Source: Chlamydiales bacterium (GTDB lineage Bacteria; Chlamydiota; Chlamydiia; Chlamydiales; JBDQID01). Taken from it: DNA of 64,000 bases. The notes below the pieces were generated by a model. It searched no databases and had not been told where the DNA came from. It saw only the letters and a program-made list of their open reading frames with translations. Shown one piece after another: positions 48,871 through 59,216 of this stretch; position 1 is the stretch's first letter; each line of letters begins with the position of its first letter. The stretch spans positions 46,517-110,516 of the forward strand of contig JBLFWS010000001.1 in NCBI GenBank assembly GCA_047611865.1, read 5' to 3'. The translations under genes were made by a program, and so were the position numbers.

Positions 48871-51800
48871 ATGTCTGATCCCGTCATCTTTTACAGTAAT
48901 GAATTAGAGCCTTTATACCAGCGTCTTCGACGACTTTTATTTAACGAAAGCGTCGGGCCGTTTGCGAAACGCATTGTTGTGGTTCCCCATCAACTTTTAA
49001 AGCATTGGTTATTTTTTCGTATGGCCCAAGATCCAGAGGTTGGGGTGGCAGCTGGAGTGGAGATATCTTTTTTAAATCATATTGATGCAAAGCTGGAACA
49101 AAATGGGATACTGAAACCAGGAACGAATGAAGGGCTTAAAGCGGTTTCTATTTTGGAGTTGAGCTTTCGCCTTGAAATAGAAATTATAAAGATCCTTTCT
49201 AATTTCAGTACAATGCTTCCTGAAGAGCAGGAGGTATGGAAACCTTTAATGGATTACTTGAAATTTCGGGGGCAGGTTTTTTGGACAGTAAGGGTTAAAA
49301 AGAGACTTATACTACTCTGTGAAAGGCTTTCTAGGCTATTTTCGCAATATGAGCGCTTTGGGGAAGGGGTTGTTTCAGGGTGGGAGATTTTGAGCTTACT
49401 TGCTTGGCAAGAACGGCTTTGGGTAAAGTTATTTGGCGAGGAGGGGGCATATTTACCTTTTTTCAAAAAAACTTCGGCGGAGATTGAGGCTGGAGAAACG
49501 GCCAATAATGCTCAGGTACACTTGTTTGCCCCTGAATATTTTCCAAAAGTTCAGCATGAATTTTTTCGTAAGCTTAGCGGAATTACCTCTGTATTTTATT
49601 ATGTTTTATCACCTTGTCAGTTGTTTTGGACGGACCTTCTATCCGATTCAGAGAGTCGATATATTCAATCCTTATGGAAAAGGAAAGGAGTGCGGGATGC
49701 TCTTCAAGAAGATCTTGAAGATTTTTTGAGAGACCGTAATCCCTTACTGGCAAATCTTGGCCGTCTTGGCAGAGAATTTTTTCTTCTATTAGAAGATGGT
49801 GAAGCCCAGACCTTCGAACAGTATTTTCTTCCCTCTGGTCTTGAAGATGTCGGTCAGTATGAAGAGTTATTATATGAGGATATCGTTGTAAGGGATAAGG
49901 CAGGTAAGCGTAGTGTATTGGATTTTATTAAAGCTGATATGATGCTCCTGAGGAATCCTCTGTCATCGGAGAGAGTTTTTTTGGAGTCATATGATGAGTC
50001 GATACAGATTCATGTGGCCTGTTCGAGGCTTAGAGAGGTACAGGCGATTTATGATGTGATAATGGGGATTATTTCCAATCATGTTAATGATGATGAACCC
50101 ATAAAAGCTAGTGATATTCTAGTGGTACTTCCGGATGTGGGGGAGTATGAGTCGGTAGTTCGAGCAATTTTTGGTCATGAGAATAGTCAGCTGGATTACA
50201 GAATTATTGACTTCCCCTTTCTTGCAAAAAGTTCTATTGCTCAAGGATTTCTTTCCTTACTTTCTCTTGCAGAGGGTAGGTGGGATGTGGCTTCAATTTT
50301 TCAGGTTTTCGAACATCCGGCGTTTCAATATCGGCATGGTCTTTCAGCAGATGATGTTCAGTTAATGAGATATTGGGTAAAGGATACGGGGATTCGTTGG
50401 GGGCTTGATCATGCACATCGAGAGGAAGTACTTAGTAAAGACTATTGTCAAAATGAAATGGTGGAAAAGTCTTCAGTTGCGACGTGGGATCACGGAATAG
50501 GGCAGTTGTTAATGGGCCTTTCCATGGTAATTGATGATGAAGAGTATTTATGTGGAGATTTTCTTCGAGATATTCCGTGTCAAAATATAGATTTTAGCCA
50601 GTCTGAGCTATTAGGTAAGATGATTCAGCTCCTCGATTCACTTCGTGATGATTTGACTGTGTTGTCTGATGAAACAGCATTGACTTTGGAGGAATGGTCG
50701 AGTTACTTGACATGTATTCTTGATGCATATTTTTCAGTAGCTTTGGGAAAGGCTAGTGAACAGGCTCACTATGATATACTTTTGCGTAACCTAAAATCGT
50801 TGTCAGGGGTTTCAGATGCTATTAAGGGAGAGAAATATACATTTCTTTCAGTTTTTCGTCGCTTGGATATGTCTTTGAAGAAGGAAAAGTCAAGATGGCA
50901 AGAGGGGCATATTGAATCAGTTTGTTTTGGGGGATTAAAATCACTAAGGGCTATACCTGCGCGAGTTATATGTTTGATGGGAATGGAGGACGGAAAATTT
51001 CCTCGGGTGCAGAGCCCTCATGTCTTGAATTTGATGACTGGTAGATCAGAGGCGGATTATATTCCTCGTAGTTCTGATGAAGATCGTTACTTGTTTCTGG
51101 AATCTATTCTTTCTTCAGGAGAATACTTTATTATGAGTCAGGTGGGAATGGCTCAAGGTGACTCTAGGGAGATTTCCCCCTCTTTGGTGGTGACGGAGTT
51201 ATTGAATTATCTTGATGCTACTTTTGAGATGGCTGACAAAAAGCCTTCGGATTTATCTGTGATAAAACATCCACAACTGCCTTTTAATAGCGCATATTTT
51301 TGTGAGAGTAATTCGACTCTTAGAAGTCATTCATCCAAGTATTTTCAAGTAGCCAAGTCGTTATACAAAGTAAAAGAGAAGAGGGAGAAGGGTTTTGTTC
51401 CTGAGCTGTTCTCTGAAAAGGTCTCTGCCCTCACGGCTATTGGCGACCTTCAAAGTGAATTGACGATTGATGTAAAAGACCTCGCTGGAGCTGTTTCGAA
51501 TCCTTTGAAGCTCTTTTTTAATAAGAATTTGGGGATTTATCTGGGGAAAGAGGGAGGAGGAGTCTTAAAGTCCGAAGAGGATTTTACACTTGGTGGATTA
51601 GATCATGCACTATTGAAAAGAGAAGCTTTACGAAGGCCTGTGAAAGAAGTTCTTAAGCTTGCCGAGAAAAGGGGGCGTTTGCCTATGGGAGCTTTTAAGG
51701 AGGTTGCTTGCCGCAGACTGGAGAGGGATGTAGAATCCTGGAAGGAAAACATGGATAAAATGGGGGCTGATCCAAGATCTATTTTTAGTGTCGAAATGCG

Positions 51801-52401
51801 GAAAAACTGTGATAGTGCTTTTTCTCTTCCTAATGGAGACTGGATTGTACCTTCTTTAGAGATTGAATATAGTGATAGTACTAAAGTTCATATTGTTGGA
51901 AGGCTGCCCTCTTTGACACCACAGGGTCTGTTGGCTTTTGGTAAGGATTCTCCGGAAGATATACTGAAAGCGTGGCCTCAATATGTAGTATATGATGCCT
52001 TGGTATCTACTTTTGAAAAACCTTTGGAGCGACAGCTTCTTTTTCTTAAGGATGGGAAGGTGAAAACCGCATTTTTTGATGATGCTTACCCTGTCTTGCG
52101 TTTGCTAATCGACTATTACTTCACATGTATGAGAAATGTGTCTCCTATGATTCCAGAGTGGTTTGAGGTGATATGGAAAAAAGATCCCTACAAGCTTCAG
52201 AAAAAGGTTAAAGATAGTCTTGGAGATGGTTTTCAGGGGAGCTACAACGACTACCTCAAATGGATGATGTCTAGTGGAGAGCAAGTTCCGTCTGAAGGAG
52301 TACTGGATCTTTGGAGAGAATACTCCTTACATATTTTCGGTGAGTTGGTTAAGCAGTGGATGCCAAAAGTTGAAGGGAAGGGGGGGAAAAAAAATGCGTA
52401 G
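48871..52401 (+). CDS. recC: Exodeoxyribonuclease V gamma subunit
   Basis: YSNELE, NPLLANLGRLGREF, SIQIH, GIRWG, DRYLFLE, PS.VV.EL. Confidence 0.93.
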   Translation: MSDPVIFYSNELEPLYQRLRRLLFNESVGPFAKRIVVVPHQLLKHWLFFRMAQDPEVGVAAGVEISFLNHIDAKLEQNGILKPGTNEGLKAVSILELSFRLEIEIIKILSNFSTMLPEEQEVWKPLMDYLKFRGQVFWTVRVKKRLILLCERLSRLFSQYERFGEGVVSGWEILSLLAWQERLWVKLFGEEGAYLPFFKKTSAEIEAGETANNAQVHLFAPEYFPKVQHEFFRKLSGITSVFYYVLSPCQLFWTDLLSDSESRYIQSLWKRKGVRDALQEDLEDFLRDRNPLLANLGRLGREFFLLLEDGEAQTFEQYFLPSGLEDVGQYEELLYEDIVVRDKAGKRSVLDFIKADMMLLRNPLSSERVFLESYDESIQIHVACSRLREVQAIYDVIMGIISNHVNDDEPIKASDILVVLPDVGEYESVVRAIFGHENSQLDYRIIDFPFLAKSSIAQGFLSLLSLAEGRWDVASIFQVFEHPAFQYRHGLSADDVQLMRYWVKDTGIRWGLDHAHREEVLSKDYCQNEMVEKSSVATWDHGIGQLLMGLSMVIDDEEYLCGDFLRDIPCQNIDFSQSELLGKMIQLLDSLRDDLTVLSDETALTLEEWSSYLTCILDAYFSVALGKASEQAHYDILLRNLKSLSGVSDAIKGEKYTFLSVFRRLDMSLKKEKSRWQEGHIESVCFGGLKSLRAIPARVICLMGMEDGKFPRVQSPHVLNLMTGRSEADYIPRSSDEDRYLFLESILSSGEYFIMSQVGMAQGDSREISPSLVVTELLNYLDATFEMADKKPSDLSVIKHPQLPFNSAYFCESNSTLRSHSSKYFQVAKSLYKVKEKREKGFVPELFSEKVSALTAIGDLQSELTIDVKDLAGAVSNPLKLFFNKNLGIYLGKEGGGVLKSEEDFTLGGLDHALLKREALRRPVKEVLKLAEKRGRLPMGAFKEVACRRLERDVESWKENMDKMGADPRSIFSVEMRKNCDSAFSLPNGDWIVPSLEIEYSDSTKVHIVGRLPSLTPQGLLAFGKDSPEDILKAWPQYVVYDALVSTFEKPLERQLLFLKDGKVKTAFFDDAYPVLRLLIDYYFTCMRNVSPMIPEWFEVIWKKDPYKLQKKVKDSLGDGFQGSYNDYLKWMMSSGEQVPSEGVLDLWREYSLHIFGELVKQWMPKVEGKGGKKNA

Positions 52402-55400
52402 TTTTAATGCTGTGGGGAGGGAAGTAGAGGTTTATCGGAACCACCTTTTAGAAGCTTCAGCGGGAACCGGAAAGACCTATTCAATTGAAAATGTTGTTGT
52501 CCGTTTATTGATTGAAGGGAAGGGGGAAGACGATCCTCTAACGATTGACCGTATTTTGGTAGTGACGTTTACTCGTGCTGCAACTCAGGAGTTGAAAACC
52601 AGGGTAAGGGGGAATATAGAAAAGGTAGTTCTTTTCCTTGGGCAATGGTTGGCGAATTCGGAATTAGCGGAAAGGGGATGGTTAGAGGAGGCTCCACCTG
52701 AATACGTTTTGGGAATTATAGAAAGGGGGGAGGGGGAAGGCCGCCTTGCAAAGAAGCGCTTGGAAGTGGCTCTTTTCGCATTTGATGAAGCACAGATATT
52801 CACTATCCACTCTTTTTGCTTTAGGATATTGCGGGAGAAAGCCTTCGAACATGAAATTGGGGGGGATTCCTGGAGTGAAGATAATCCGATGCCAATGACG
52901 CGAATTTTCAATGTGATTAAAGATTTTTTTCGCACAGAGCTGCGTGAAGGACCGTATAGTCCAGAGCAAATTAGGATTGTTCTTAGGCATCACAAAAATG
53001 ATGCTGATGAATTGGTTAAGGCTTTAGCCAGGATAGCGATGAAAGGGGTGGACATTGAAGTCGCTCCAGATTTTGAGAGAGCATTTGACTTTTTTCGCTC
53101 TAAGCTTCGGGAGTTGAAAGAGCGTTATACTTGGACGTCAGAAGGGTTAATAGAAGACTTTATTTCTCTAGCATCTCACCATGGGGGGCTTTGTGATAGA
53201 AAGAATCAGCTTAAACCTGAAAATCTTCAGGATTTCAGTAATTTTGCTCGTATATTTGATCAAAATGAATGGAACCAAGACTTGTTTGACAGGTTAATTG
53301 GACAGGGAATTTCTGTTGTAAATAAAATACACCCCGACAATCTACGAAAGAGTGGAAAGCCGCCTGGCGATGAAGAACTAAGATTCTCAGAGTTTTTTCC
53401 TGTAATTAGGGAAGAGCTTTTGCCTCTTCTTGAAACAGCGTCATCATATTTGGATATTTTAAGTCGTATGGGTCGAGATTGCTCTTCTTTGTTACAGAGG
53501 GTGTTTCGTGAAGAGGAGGTCTTTACCCCGGATGATATTTTAAAGGAGATGCAAAAGGCCGTAAGAAGTGAGGATCTTGTTCGGGAGGTTCGTAAAATGT
53601 ACGGTGCAGCGATTATTGACGAATTTCAAGATACAGACCCTATACAATGGGAAATATTCCGAAGCCTTTTCATTTCCGAAGATGGCTCATGGGCCCCTCT
53701 TTATCTTGTAGGTGATCCTAAACAGTCAATTTATGGTTTTCGACGGGCGGATATTTACACTTATCTTGACGCGGTACGGTGTATGGGAGCGGGAAGTCTA
53801 GCGACACTAGATACTAATTATCGTTCGCAGGCTGGTCTTGTGGAAGCTTTGAATGCTTTGTTTGCTCCGGATGTGACTCCTGGTTTAATGATGCTTCCCC
53901 GAACAGGAGAAGAAATTGAGGTGGGACCCGTGAATTCTTCGGAGAGGGTCGAAAAGAAGTTGTTTTCTGATGACAAAGGTTTTGTTCACTTTTTTGTAGG
54001 AGAGGGGAAATTAGACCGAGGGACTAGGTGGCCTAAAGAACTAATGCAGGAGGAATTATTCTTTCCTTTCATTGCTGAGGAGATACAGAGCTTAAAAAAG
54101 AACGACTCGATGAGGTATGAGCAGTTTGCCGTACTTGTTCGTGATCGTTTTGAGGCTGAAAGAATTCAGTCGTATTTTAACAAGTGGGAGATTCCTTCTA
54201 TAACGCGGCGTAGCATTAGTCTCGTGGATTCTTCTGCATTTGGATCCTTAAGAGAAATTATTCAGGCTGTTATTTGCCCTAGTTCCCACAGTGATGTGGC
54301 AATTGCTTTAGGGGGACAAATTATTGGATGGACCCATGACAAACTACAGGATTTCCATGATGGGAAGAATGTGGAAAAAGTGTTGACACAGTTCTTTTTT
54401 CTGAGAAAACGCCTCCTTTCATTTGGCTTCGCTCACTTTTTTCAGGACTTTATGGAGAGTTGCTGGGAAAGTGATGGGTTATCGATTTTAGAAAAATTAG
54501 TAAGTACAAAGGAGGGTTTGGATGTTTACCTCGATCTTCAACAGTTGTCGGAGTTATTTACTGAGCATTACAAGCATGAGCATTTTTCAGTTGAGACCAT
54601 GGTGGCCTTTTTCGAAGATTTAAAAAATATGGATATTAATGAGGATGATAGAATTAAGGTGCGTCAGAGAAATGATAGTGATGCGGTGAATATCTTAACC
54701 ATTCACGTGAGTAAGGGTTTGGAATTTGATGTGGTATTTGCCTTAGGTTTGGCAAAACGTACATCTCCGAAAGAAGATTTGGTCCCGTCTCGTAGAAATG
54801 ACAGAGATTGTCTATTAGTTTGTGATCCCGAGAGCGAGCCATATAAGGAATACAAATCTGAACAAGATGCGGAAAAGATGCGACAGCTCTATGTGGGGAT
54901 GACTAGGGCTAAATATCGCTTGTATGTTCCTGTTGCAATAGATTTAGCTAATAAACCTGTAGTGTTCGGCTCAGCCTCTCCCGTGGAGCTCTTTCTTGCG
55001 CGATTCTCCCAAGAAGCTGTTGAGGAAGCTCAATTGTACGTGAGGATTGAAAACTATAGCTTTGAAATACTGCTAGAAAAAATCAGAGAGCTTCCGGAAG
55101 GGGTTCAAGTTTCAGTATCTAAACTTAATGATAGTAATTTCCACTTGATAAAAGAGAAGGCTGATATTCACAATATAGAATTACTGCCTCCGAAAAAGTT
55201 CAAGGTGCCAGGTGAGCCATTGTATATAGAGTCATTCTCTAGCCTCATGACATTTACTGAAAAAAAATCTAGAAGAGTAGGGGCCCCTACTAATTGGGAT
55301 GAGGAAAATAAAACCATTCATAACTTGCCTGCGGGTAGTGATACTGGCGTTAAGCTCCATGAAATTTTTGAGAAACTTTCGTTTGAGAAGGTGAGTTCTT

Positions 55401-55966
55401 TAACTGGTCCTGACTTACTTGCTCCTCTAATAAGACCTATGCTTGTGGGTCATGAAATGATGGACTGGGAACAGGCTATTTCTGAGATGGTTTTTAAGGT
55501 TCTAAAGACGGCGCTGTGGACCGGAAAAGATTCTTTTTGTCTTGCAGATGTGAGTGTGGAAAATATATTCAAAGAGATGGAGTTTCTCTTTGCCTCTTCG
55601 GTTAATAGCTTGCGAGAAGAAGGGATTCAATCTTCAGGGGGTTTCGTAAAGGGCTTTATAGATTTAGTATTTCAACATCAAACTAAGTACTACATCCTTG
55701 ACTGGAAGTCAAACTGGTTAGGATCAACGACAGACTCCTACAATGCAGAAAGTCTTGAAGAGGCAATGGAAGAGCATCAGTATTTATTGCAGGCAAAAAT
55801 TTATTCGTCAGCTTTGAGACGTTACCTAAAGCTTGTAGAAAGTCGTCCTTTTGAGGAATGCTTTGGCGGAGTTTTTTATCTTTTTCTTCGAGGAGTTGAT
55901 ATGGAGAGAGGTAACTTATATGGGGTATATCATTGTTTGTCACCAGAAAGGGAAAGGGTATATTAG
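52394..55966 (+). CDS. recB: Exodeoxyribonuclease V beta subunit
   Basis: EASAGTGKT, IDEFQDTD, GDPKQSIY, YVGMTRA, nuclease GFIDLVF..LDWKS; start at ATG 52394. Confidence 0.96.
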   Translation: MRSFNAVGREVEVYRNHLLEASAGTGKTYSIENVVVRLLIEGKGEDDPLTIDRILVVTFTRAATQELKTRVRGNIEKVVLFLGQWLANSELAERGWLEEAPPEYVLGIIERGEGEGRLAKKRLEVALFAFDEAQIFTIHSFCFRILREKAFEHEIGGDSWSEDNPMPMTRIFNVIKDFFRTELREGPYSPEQIRIVLRHHKNDADELVKALARIAMKGVDIEVAPDFERAFDFFRSKLRELKERYTWTSEGLIEDFISLASHHGGLCDRKNQLKPENLQDFSNFARIFDQNEWNQDLFDRLIGQGISVVNKIHPDNLRKSGKPPGDEELRFSEFFPVIREELLPLLETASSYLDILSRMGRDCSSLLQRVFREEEVFTPDDILKEMQKAVRSEDLVREVRKMYGAAIIDEFQDTDPIQWEIFRSLFISEDGSWAPLYLVGDPKQSIYGFRRADIYTYLDAVRCMGAGSLATLDTNYRSQAGLVEALNALFAPDVTPGLMMLPRTGEEIEVGPVNSSERVEKKLFSDDKGFVHFFVGEGKLDRGTRWPKELMQEELFFPFIAEEIQSLKKNDSMRYEQFAVLVRDRFEAERIQSYFNKWEIPSITRRSISLVDSSAFGSLREIIQAVICPSSHSDVAIALGGQIIGWTHDKLQDFHDGKNVEKVLTQFFFLRKRLLSFGFAHFFQDFMESCWESDGLSILEKLVSTKEGLDVYLDLQQLSELFTEHYKHEHFSVETMVAFFEDLKNMDINEDDRIKVRQRNDSDAVNILTIHVSKGLEFDVVFALGLAKRTSPKEDLVPSRRNDRDCLLVCDPESEPYKEYKSEQDAEKMRQLYVGMTRAKYRLYVPVAIDLANKPVVFGSASPVELFLARFSQEAVEEAQLYVRIENYSFEILLEKIRELPEGVQVSVSKLNDSNFHLIKEKADIHNIELLPPKKFKVPGEPLYIESFSSLMTFTEKKSRRVGAPTNWDEENKTIHNLPAGSDTGVKLHEIFEKLSFEKVSSLTGPDLLAPLIRPMLVGHEMMDWEQAISEMVFKVLKTALWTGKDSFCLADVSVENIFKEMEFLFASSVNSLREEGIQSSGGFVKGFIDLVFQHQTKYYILDWKSNWLGSTTDSYNAESLEEAMEEHQYLLQAKIYSSALRRYLKLVESRPFEECFGGVFYLFLRGVDMERGNLYGVYHCLSPERERVY

Positions 55967-57892
55967 ATGTTGGGACTTGCGAAAGCATTATTTTATGAAA
56001 GGGAAAAGACCTTTATTTCACCCATGGAGAACAATAGTAAGTGTTCTTGGCCAATTATTGAGAAGTTGTTGTCTAGTGGGCGACTTCAGTTTGTTGATTT
56101 TGCCTTTGCAGAGAGGTTGTTGAAGAGTTTGTCCGGTGTAAATGAGAGTAATGTCGCTTTCTTGTGCCACCTTCTTGTATCAGCTCGAGAGGGGCATCTT
56201 TGCGTTAAAATTGACTCAGAAGGAATATTTCCTGATCCGGAGTTGTCATGGCTTGCTCCATTCAATCAATCATTAGATAAGAAAGAGATTTTTCCTTCCT
56301 TAGAGGAGATGTGTAAGATTAAACTGGATGTAAGGGAGGGCAGTAAAACTTTTCCAAATTCTTTAATTCAGAATGTAGAAAGTTCTTCAACACCACCACT
56401 TGTACCTATTTGTCGCTTCGGGAATTTGTTTTATTTACAAAGGCATTGGGCTTATGAATCGTTGTTTTTGGAGCATTTTCAGAAATTAGTATCTACAGAA
56501 CCGTCATTTAATCTTAGGGATGACTTGGTTAAAGACAAGGTGGGTATTTTGGTAGAGCAGGGGAAGCTGCTACCAGAGCAAGCTCATGCTATAGAGTGTG
56601 CCTGCCGCAATCGTTTTACGATTATTACTGGTGGTCCGGGAACGGGAAAAACGTATACGGCAGGATATCTGATTAGAATTGTTATAGAATCTTTGTTCCA
56701 CGGAGAACAGAAAAAATTTGAAGTTGCCCTGGCTTCACCGACAGGAAAAGCTGCCGCTAACCTCCAGGCTAGTTTGACAAAAGTTTTAGAAGGTTTTGAC
56801 TCTACCTTGGAATTAAGCTCTAAAACTCTGCATTCATTTTTGGGAATTTCACGAAGGGGAAATGGGAAAGTCTTTGATGCTAACAACCCTTTATCAGCAG
56901 ATTTTATTCTGGTGGATGAAAGTTCGATGATTGATGTGCGCTTAATGTCTCAACTTTTGTCAGCAGTCAAGAATGGAGCCAGGCTAGTGTTGTTAGGTGA
57001 TAAGGATCAGTTACCTCCCGTAGAATCCGGTAGTTTGTTCGCTGACCTAACAAAGTTATTTAGGGAGTCAGAGAGGTATGCGGGGAATATGGTAGAATTG
57101 AAGCAGTGTATGCGATCTGATTTGAAAGAAATCGTGAATTTTTCTCACTTGGTAAATCATGGGAAGAGTGATGAGGTGCTGGAAGTTCTTTCGGAAGCTA
57201 CGAAGGACTCTCCAATACAAAGGTTGATAAGTGGGAAAAAAGAAACAATGGACACATCTCTTGTACTAGAAGAGGCTAAGCAAAACTACCCCTCATATAT
57301 TGATTCTTCTCAGAATCCAGGGGAAATCATTGAGATGTTCCAGAAATTTCGTATTCTTTCACCCTTGCGTAAGGGTCCTTTGGGGGTAGATAAAATCAAT
57401 AAAGAACTTCTCGAACATTTTATGAAGTTGTCCCGCTATGGAGAATGGTTTATTGCCCCAATAATGATTGTCAGTAATCATTATCGTATGGAGCTTTATA
57501 ATGGAGAGGTTGGAGTTCTTTTTAGACGACTGGATAAAGGAGAGGGGGATTCTGAAAATGAGCAAGGAGACTTTGCAATTTTTCATGGTAAGAGTCCGAA
57601 TCAGCCTTACTATGATGAAAGTTTACAGGTAAGACGATTTCCTGAGATTTTACTACCCAGTTATGAATATGCGTATTGTTTATCTGTCCATAAAAGTCAG
57701 GGTAGTGAATTTGACACAGTACTTTTACTTATGCCAGAAGGGTCAGAGATCTTTGGAAGGGAGGTTTTGTATACAGCTGTTACACGTGCCAGAAAAAAAC
57801 TAAAGATTTTTGCTAGTAATCGAGTTATAGAGGCTGTATTGCAAAAGTGTCCACAGAGAGTATCGGGGGTTGGAGAAAGAGTTTTGAGGTAA
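55967..57892 (+). CDS. recD: Exodeoxyribonuclease V alpha subunit
   Basis: TGGPGTGKT, VDESSM, GDKDQL, SVHKSQGSEF, YTAVTRA. Confidence 0.95.
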   Translation: MLGLAKALFYEREKTFISPMENNSKCSWPIIEKLLSSGRLQFVDFAFAERLLKSLSGVNESNVAFLCHLLVSAREGHLCVKIDSEGIFPDPELSWLAPFNQSLDKKEIFPSLEEMCKIKLDVREGSKTFPNSLIQNVESSSTPPLVPICRFGNLFYLQRHWAYESLFLEHFQKLVSTEPSFNLRDDLVKDKVGILVEQGKLLPEQAHAIECACRNRFTIITGGPGTGKTYTAGYLIRIVIESLFHGEQKKFEVALASPTGKAAANLQASLTKVLEGFDSTLELSSKTLHSFLGISRRGNGKVFDANNPLSADFILVDESSMIDVRLMSQLLSAVKNGARLVLLGDKDQLPPVESGSLFADLTKLFRESERYAGNMVELKQCMRSDLKEIVNFSHLVNHGKSDEVLEVLSEATKDSPIQRLISGKKETMDTSLVLEEAKQNYPSYIDSSQNPGEIIEMFQKFRILSPLRKGPLGVDKINKELLEHFMKLSRYGEWFIAPIMIVSNHYRMELYNGEVGVLFRRLDKGEGDSENEQGDFAIFHGKSPNQPYYDESLQVRRFPEILLPSYEYAYCLSVHKSQGSEFDTVLLLMPEGSEIFGREVLYTAVTRARKKLKIFASNRVIEAVLQKCPQRVSGVGERVLR

Positions 57893-58222
57893 TTAAGGAT
57901 GAAGATTTTATAATGTCTGTATTTTATACCGAAACGATTTCAAGAATTGGTTTTGGAGCCGATCTTTATCCGTCTGTTAAAACGCATAAATTTTACCTAC
58001 AAAGCCATGGTATGAAGCGGTTTATGCGATTCAATAGACAAAAAACGCGGGGCCAAAATCCCAATTCTTGAAGTCGTTTCAGTATGCGATCATCTTATTA
58101 TGACACTTCATTTTTCTGGACACTACAGCTGCTTTAGAGTAAAATTCTACTTATATCGGACTTGCTAGCAAGGTTAAAGTTTGTGACCTAGTCGGGTATA
58201 CCGCTTAGGTCGTGTATGAAAC

Positions 58223-58432
58223 GGCGTTGTTGCATAATTTAATACGTTTACAATCATTTATTTAACCACCGAGAGCACAGAGAGATAGAAAAATGCATAA
58301 AGTCTCTCAGAATATGCTATCAACCGATCTGTGATTTTTTATTTTCTCTGTGCCCTCTGTGCCCTCTGTGATCTCGGTGGTAAAATGTTAATCATAAGCC
58401 TCTTGTAGACGCATGTTTTATGCAACAACGCC
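58223..58432. mobile_element. 210-bp MITE with perfect 15-bp terminal inverted repeats (IS5 family, IS903-like ends)
   Basis: GGCGTTGTTGCATAA at 58223-58237 and TTATGCAACAACGCC at 58418-58432; flanks GTATGAAAC / ATATGAAAT. Confidence 0.8.
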
Positions 58433-58458
58433 ATATGAAATTACGAACGCTTGCCCCT

Positions 58459-59169
58459 ATGGATAAACAGATTAAGCTTGGAATTTGGCAACCTTATTTT
58501 TTTCCTTATATTGGATACTTTCAATTGATCCAAGCTGTAGATCTTTTTGTACTGTATGACGATGTTACTTTTCGGAAGAGATCGTGGATTAACAGGAACA
58601 GAATTCTAGTAAATGCTAGCCCTAATTTTTTTAGCATACCTCTCATTGATCTTAGCCAGAATCGGCTAATCAATGAGAGTTTTGTTGTAGAGGATTCTCA
58701 CTGGAAGAAAAAATTCCTTAAGAAATTAGAGGGGCAGTATAGAAAAGCACCGCAATTTCAAGATGTATTTGAGATCGTGTCATATGTACTTTCTCAAGAT
58801 CATGAGACGATCGTTGGATATGCTCTTTCTAGTATTCGATCTATAATGATTTACCTTGAGATTTCTACGGAATTGAAAGTGTCTTCTGAGAGCTATAAAA
58901 ATACCCATCTTAGTGCTTCAGAAAGGATTCTGGATATATGTCAAAAAGAACAGGCGGACGAGTATATCAATCCGATTAATGGACAAGAGCTGTATTCAAA
59001 GAAGGAATTTTTATCTAATCAAATTAGCTTGAACTTCCTAAAGACGAGAGATTTTTTTTATCAGCAGTACTTAAATGATTTTGTTCCAAACTTGTCTGTT
59101 ATTGATCTTATAATGTTTAATGATAAGAAGAAGAGTATTGACCTGTTAAAAGAATATGATTTAGTCTAA
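58459..59169 (+). CDS. WbqC family protein
   Basis: QPYFFPYIGYF, FVLYDDV, WINRNRI, YINPING, FVPNLSVID; the upstream ATGs of the ORF track lie inside or at the edge of the MITE. Confidence 0.9.
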   Translation: MDKQIKLGIWQPYFFPYIGYFQLIQAVDLFVLYDDVTFRKRSWINRNRILVNASPNFFSIPLIDLSQNRLINESFVVEDSHWKKKFLKKLEGQYRKAPQFQDVFEIVSYVLSQDHETIVGYALSSIRSIMIYLEISTELKVSSESYKNTHLSASERILDICQKEQADEYINPINGQELYSKKEFLSNQISLNFLKTRDFFYQQYLNDFVPNLSVIDLIMFNDKKKSIDLLKEYDLV

Positions 59170-59216
59170 TAAGAGGGTATAGTTTATAAATGTCCTTAAT
59201 GGGATAAGGTTATTCG

